A DNA stretch of 64,000 bases from Mobula hypostoma (taxonomy: Eukaryota): positions 24,924,001-24,988,000 of the forward strand of contig NC_086108.1 of assembly GCF_963921235.1 (NCBI RefSeq), read 5' to 3'. This document shows positions 59,381-64,000 of this stretch, piece after piece. Every line of letters starts with the position of its first letter. Position 1 is the stretch's first letter. Below the pieces are notes generated by a model. It saw only the letters and a program-made list of their open reading frames with translations, did no database searches and was not told the origin of the DNA. Both the position numbers and the translations under genes were made by a program.

Positions 59381-61648
59381 CACTGGAGCATTCACAAGCC
59401 CACATGAGAACAAATTCTTCTTTTTGATTTGGGCATAATGCTATACAGTCGGAGTTAGTACTCAATGCATTTGCCACCAGTTTCCATGCACCATTGCAGT
59501 ATTGCACGAGCACTACCCCTAGGCCAAAGGAAGAGGCATCTGCTGAGACCTGTGTTGCTTTGTTCGGATCAAAGAGTGCTAATGTTGGTGGAGAGATAAG
59601 CTCTGCTTTGAGTGATGAGAATAACTCCTCCTGTAGTTCATCCAAGGTCCGAATATTTCTGTGAGAGGAGATCATGTTGTGACTTTGTTTTCCCTATCAA
59701 TTCTGGAATGAATTTTTCTAGTTGATTTACCATGCCAAGAAAATTGTGAAACTCTGATACATTCATAGGTTGTTCCATGTTCCGACCTCCTACCAGATTA
59801 TCTGAATCTGTTTGCACTCCCTCTGAGGACAGTTGGTGGCCCAAGAAGTTCGCTTCCAACTTTGCAAATTCACATTTACTTTTGTTCAGGGTGATTCCAG
59901 CCTGTTTCATTTTCTCCTAGGCAGCTTCCACTCTTTTGTCATGTTCCTTACTTCAGCCTTTAAAGATGAGTATATTGTCCATGTGGCTGACTACTCCTTC
60001 CAGTTCCTCCAAAATGTGGTTCATCCTCATCTGAAAGAGTTCAGTAGCTAATGAGATGCCAAAAGGGAGTCTCTTGAAGGCATCACATCCATGTGGTGTG
60101 ATAAGTGTTGTGAGTTTCTGTGACTCAGGAGGTGAACGGGTCTGCCAGAACCCTGAGTTTGCATCTAATTTGGTGAAGAACTTTACTGCACCCAATGTAC
60201 ACAAAGTGTGCTCAACAGAGAGCAGAATAAACTTCTCCCACCTCACTGCATTATTCAATTTTGTTAGGTCTAGAAAGATCCTGGTCAACTGTGCCATATA
60301 GCTTGGGAACAGGAACAATGCTCACACACCAGTCAGTAGATCCATTCATTCTAGATATGATGTTAAGCACCTCCATTCTTTCAAGTTCGGCTTTGGCTTT
60401 GTTCATAAATGGTACTGGTATACACCTCACTATGGTCAAAGAGTACGGTATCATTCCTGACCTCAGCTGGATAAGGTACTCTTCCTTCAGTACCCCAGGC
60501 CTGTGAACAACTCTGCATACTTCTCCAGCCACTGAACATTGTTTAACAAATCCAACCTTGCAGTGAGGTTTAGATTCTTGTTGGCATGTCATCCAGTTTG
60601 TGGTGAGAAGAGATTATCAACAACGTAAGACATCCTCCTTTAACTCTTGCTCATTTTTATGGGTGGGAGTAGTAAACATTCTTTTCACACTGAGCTTATG
60701 TTTCCCTGGCCCCACGAGCAGCTTCTTTGTTGGGTTTAGAGTAATATCTCTTTTCTTTGCAGTTCTGAGAAAAGACATTCGGGATAGCTGTGACATCTGC
60801 TGCACTGTCCATTTTGAACGTCACTGCCTCATTTTTCAACTAAACTGTAGTATACCAGCCTTGTTTATTTGAATCTGGAGCCCCAAGGAGAGCTCTTTCT
60901 TCGTCTGAATCATGGTCTTCATTGACCTCCTGAAGAACTGTTCTTTGAGTGACACTGGCTTTTACAATGGCCAACTCTATTGCATTGGTGGCATTTCACA
61001 TCTTTTGCTGGACAGAGCTCTGTCGTGGAATGGAAACTTGCTACATCTCTTGCAGTTGGACATTTTACCTGCTCTTTGTTTTGCCGGTATGTTTTATTTC
61101 TACTGTCACCTCCTTCTGTAGTCTTTCCGACTGCACCTTGTTTGTACCCTTCTTTTTGTACAGCTTCTAGCTTGACCTCAACATCGCTTTTGTGCCTGAG
61201 TTCTACCTGTTGCTGACGAACATTCTCACTCTACCTGACCATAATAATAGCTTTCTCTAGTGCAAGATTTATCTTCAACTTAAGTCTGTATGACAATTTG
61301 TTGTATAGCAGCCGACAACAATGCTGTCTCTAATGAGCTCATCTCTCAGATTTCCATATGCCCAGTTGTCTGACAGGGATCCAACGCTGTGATTACATCA
61401 TTTACACTTTCATTGGCTCCTGTTGTTTGGAGTTGAACTTTGGCCTCCCATATCACATTTCGCTTTCTTGTGAAACATTCTTTGAATTTGTCCTGTACTG
61501 TTTTGTAAAAGCGATTTTAGAACACACACCCAAAAATGCTTTGGCATGTCATTGATAAATATTAAGTAAAAGACATTTATGAGTCAAGAGCATATTAAGT
61601 GCAACACAATGGAATGAAGTAAAATTCAAAGCAAGTTCATGCACTCAC

Positions 61649-61733
61649 CCTTGATTTGTCCCCCAGTCATTCCTGATGCAGAGGTGTTTGTGCACAGGAT
61701 CTCTTGTATATCCCTCCTGGCATCCACATTCTC
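61649..61733 (-). CDS. ASTN1: Internal coding exon (85 bp, phase 1 to phase 2) of astrotactin-1, EGF-like region
   Basis: The minus strand reads ttctactttctgtAG|GA GAA TGT GGA TGC CAG GAG GGA TAT ACA AGA GAT CCT GTG CAC AAA CAC CTC TGC ATC AGG AAT GAC TGG GGG ACA AAT CAA GG|GTgagt. It has a canonical acceptor with pyrimidine tract and a canonical donor. The peptide (G)[27 protein letters not shown](G) matches recalled vertebrate ASTN1 ([29 protein letters not shown]) better than ASTN2 ([29 protein letters not shown]). Confidence 0.93.
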
Positions 61734-64000
61734 CTACAGAAAGTAGAATAAGATCAGCTATGTAAAAAGCTTTAAGCACTACCTCCTAATTTTCTATTGT
61801 GAAACAAATTAAGATCTTCACTGAAAAATTTGAAAAAATAATTCACTATTGTAATTTATCTTACATTACAATCCTCAGATATGCATATTTCAATTTAAGC
61901 TGTGCAGTTGCTAAGTACTGTATTATCTTTTTTCAATATTGATCCCAAGATAAAAGCTTTGCAAAGATATGTATGCTGCAGTCTTTTGGCTAAAACAACT
62001 GATACTTAGGGACTATTGTTCTAGTTGTTTTCACTGGAACAGAAATAAAAATCACATTGATTAAAGTTGTGTCTGTGTTCTTTTCAAATGCACTCACTAT
62101 ACCTCAACTACTTTCAAATGTCATGGGCAGATAATATCAAGATAAGGATGTCACAAAAAAACACTTATCATGTGTAGGAAAACTGCACTTGTCAACCAGC
62201 ACTTTATCACAGAGACAAAACAATTGTTATTTGACTGTAATCAAAATGGCTAGTTTGTACATGTCACCTATGCAAAAGATTATATTTCACCAAATAACTT
62301 TACTACAAAACAAGCAAACAATGACCCCCATTTCCAGTCCAACTGGCAAACTTTGCTGACAAGAAAATTGAGGTATTCCATTTACAGGACTCAGTGATTG
62401 AGCATCGAATCAAATTGAATACAAAACAAGGCTCTATCACATTGTCTTATACCACTGGCTGGTTTAAATACATGCTATGACTGAGAGGATAGAATCATTA
62501 TTTATACTTTGGTCTGTGGACTCACAGAGGTAAGCAGGCTGATAAAACTGATTCTATTTGCAGTGTCTTATCAGAAGTCAAGATGTGATATGCTTAAATT
62601 GTTTTAGTACAGTTCTCAATGTGGTATTGGGATGAAGGATGAAATCAGTGCATAACTTAGCACTCCGATGTAGCAACATTTATGGATTCCATTGAGAAGT
62701 TTGATGTGGAATCTAGAAAGTGCCGTCAGTGCAGCACATGACAGTCTGATTGACGTTTAGCCTGCAGAACGAATGGTACTTTGCTCCAGCACAAAATATG
62801 AATATCCCTAAACACAGAAATATGATTCTGGTACTTGCTGTGGAGGAAGAAATTCTCTGTTCTGTTGGTTCATTCTTCAATGGGCAAAAACACTCATTGA
62901 ACAAAAAGAGGTTGGAACATTCTAATCAAGTAAGTCAGAAGCAGATCTGCATTTAAGTTGTACTTTGAGCTCAAATAAAATGTCTAGCCTTTTGTATTTT
63001 AGTGAAGTAACATTTTTCATAAATTAAAAAAGAATGTGTGTCTAATTCACGATGTAATGTTTTATTTTACACTAGCTCTGTGATCAGACTATGACTGTAG
63101 TTATTTCTTCTTGACTGTGAAATCCATGAACTCCTATTAGCACCTGACTGCTCGTGTCTGTTTGGCTGCATAAACACATTACTGCTCTGCTTGCAACAGT
63201 TGTGTTAAGCCAATACCATGCTGTATTGTAATAAGATATTCAGTTTTACCAAGAATGAAACTACATTAAATACAGATTGCGATAAGTGATGAGCAGAGGC
63301 AGATTAAATCTGCTCCCTTTAGGAAACAGTGCACAAGCAGTGGATGAGGACAAACAAGCGTCTGGATTTTATGGTTGTAATGGCAGTGAAAATATAGGTT
63401 GTAGTTAACTTCCTTGGGATGCAGATTTGGATGTGTAATTCATCACCTATGAATAGAGAATTCTTGTGGGAGAATAATATGCAGCAAAATCAAATATTGC
63501 CAGAGGAGGGATAAAACATTCAAGAATTAATTAAGCCTTTACTGATTCAGCAATACACAGACTTATTTGTTTTTAATTTACCAAAACCAGAAAATACACT
63601 TTCTTCTTCTAATTGCTGTATGCAAATTTTCAGTGCTAATAAAACATAAAAAAGTAAGGAACAGAAGTAGTACAAAGAGAAGTACTTTTATCTTTTTTAT
63701 GCTTGCTCATCTATTTGGCTGTAAACTTTTAGTAGCTGCTACTATATACAGCTGTTTAAGCTTGTTAAGTTTATTTTGATAGGCTCAGGGATTCCATGAT
63801 ACTTGTATTATTTAAGCAGATGCCCAATTAGTGCCAATTGCAGGTTCCTAGTTTTGAGAATGTTACTTCTTGCAGTGTTGCTTGGCCAAGCCACCAATAT
63901 TCTTTGGTATTATTATGAATAAACTCCAGTTGCGTCTCTAGATTGGAGTCTGTCTTTCCTCCTCACTTGCGTTCCAATATTGCCAGTGCGCACCGTGACA

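Larger units (their letters stand above)
50640..61500 (-). mobile_element. Decayed Gypsy LTR retrotransposon (partial gag, PR region, RT, RH, IN, 3' LTR) containing several nested insertions
   Basis: Gag remnant at about 61300-61500. RT FFTKLDANSGFWQ..FKRLPFGIS..HMDNILI at 59950-60320. RNase H VSADASSFGLGVVL at about 59520. Integrase split between 57915-58800 and 51200-51825 (RAVQTVKSLL..LLDYRSTPLMNGYSP). Confidence 0.88.

Overview
This is eukaryotic, transposon-dense DNA with no prokaryotic features. The repeat complement (CR1, Penelope-like, L1, Rex1/Babar, RTE, Gypsy, hAT, Tc1, tRNA-SINEs) points to a cartilaginous fish, probably a ray; this is an inference. The only host-gene sequence I can support is one 85-bp minus-strand coding exon at 61649-61733 encoding (G)[27 protein letters not shown](G), which matches astrotactin-1 and is missed by the ORF track. 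The rest of the window appears to be ASTN1 intron, more than 61 kb of it downstream of the exon. Most long ORFs are retroelement remnants or their antisense shadows. The most notable structure is a Penelope-like element (PLE) system: repeated minimal hammerhead-ribozyme motifs, a ~640-bp inverted repeat, a 5'-inverted copy, and three tiny palindromic PLE derivatives (89-196 bp), each with a 12-13 bp target-site duplication (TSD). Two nested insertion series can be ordered from their junctions: old CR1 > L1 > hAT > CR1, and Gypsy > RTE > CR1. All assignments come from reading the sequence and recalled family knowledge; no searches were run. Boundaries without TSDs are approximate.
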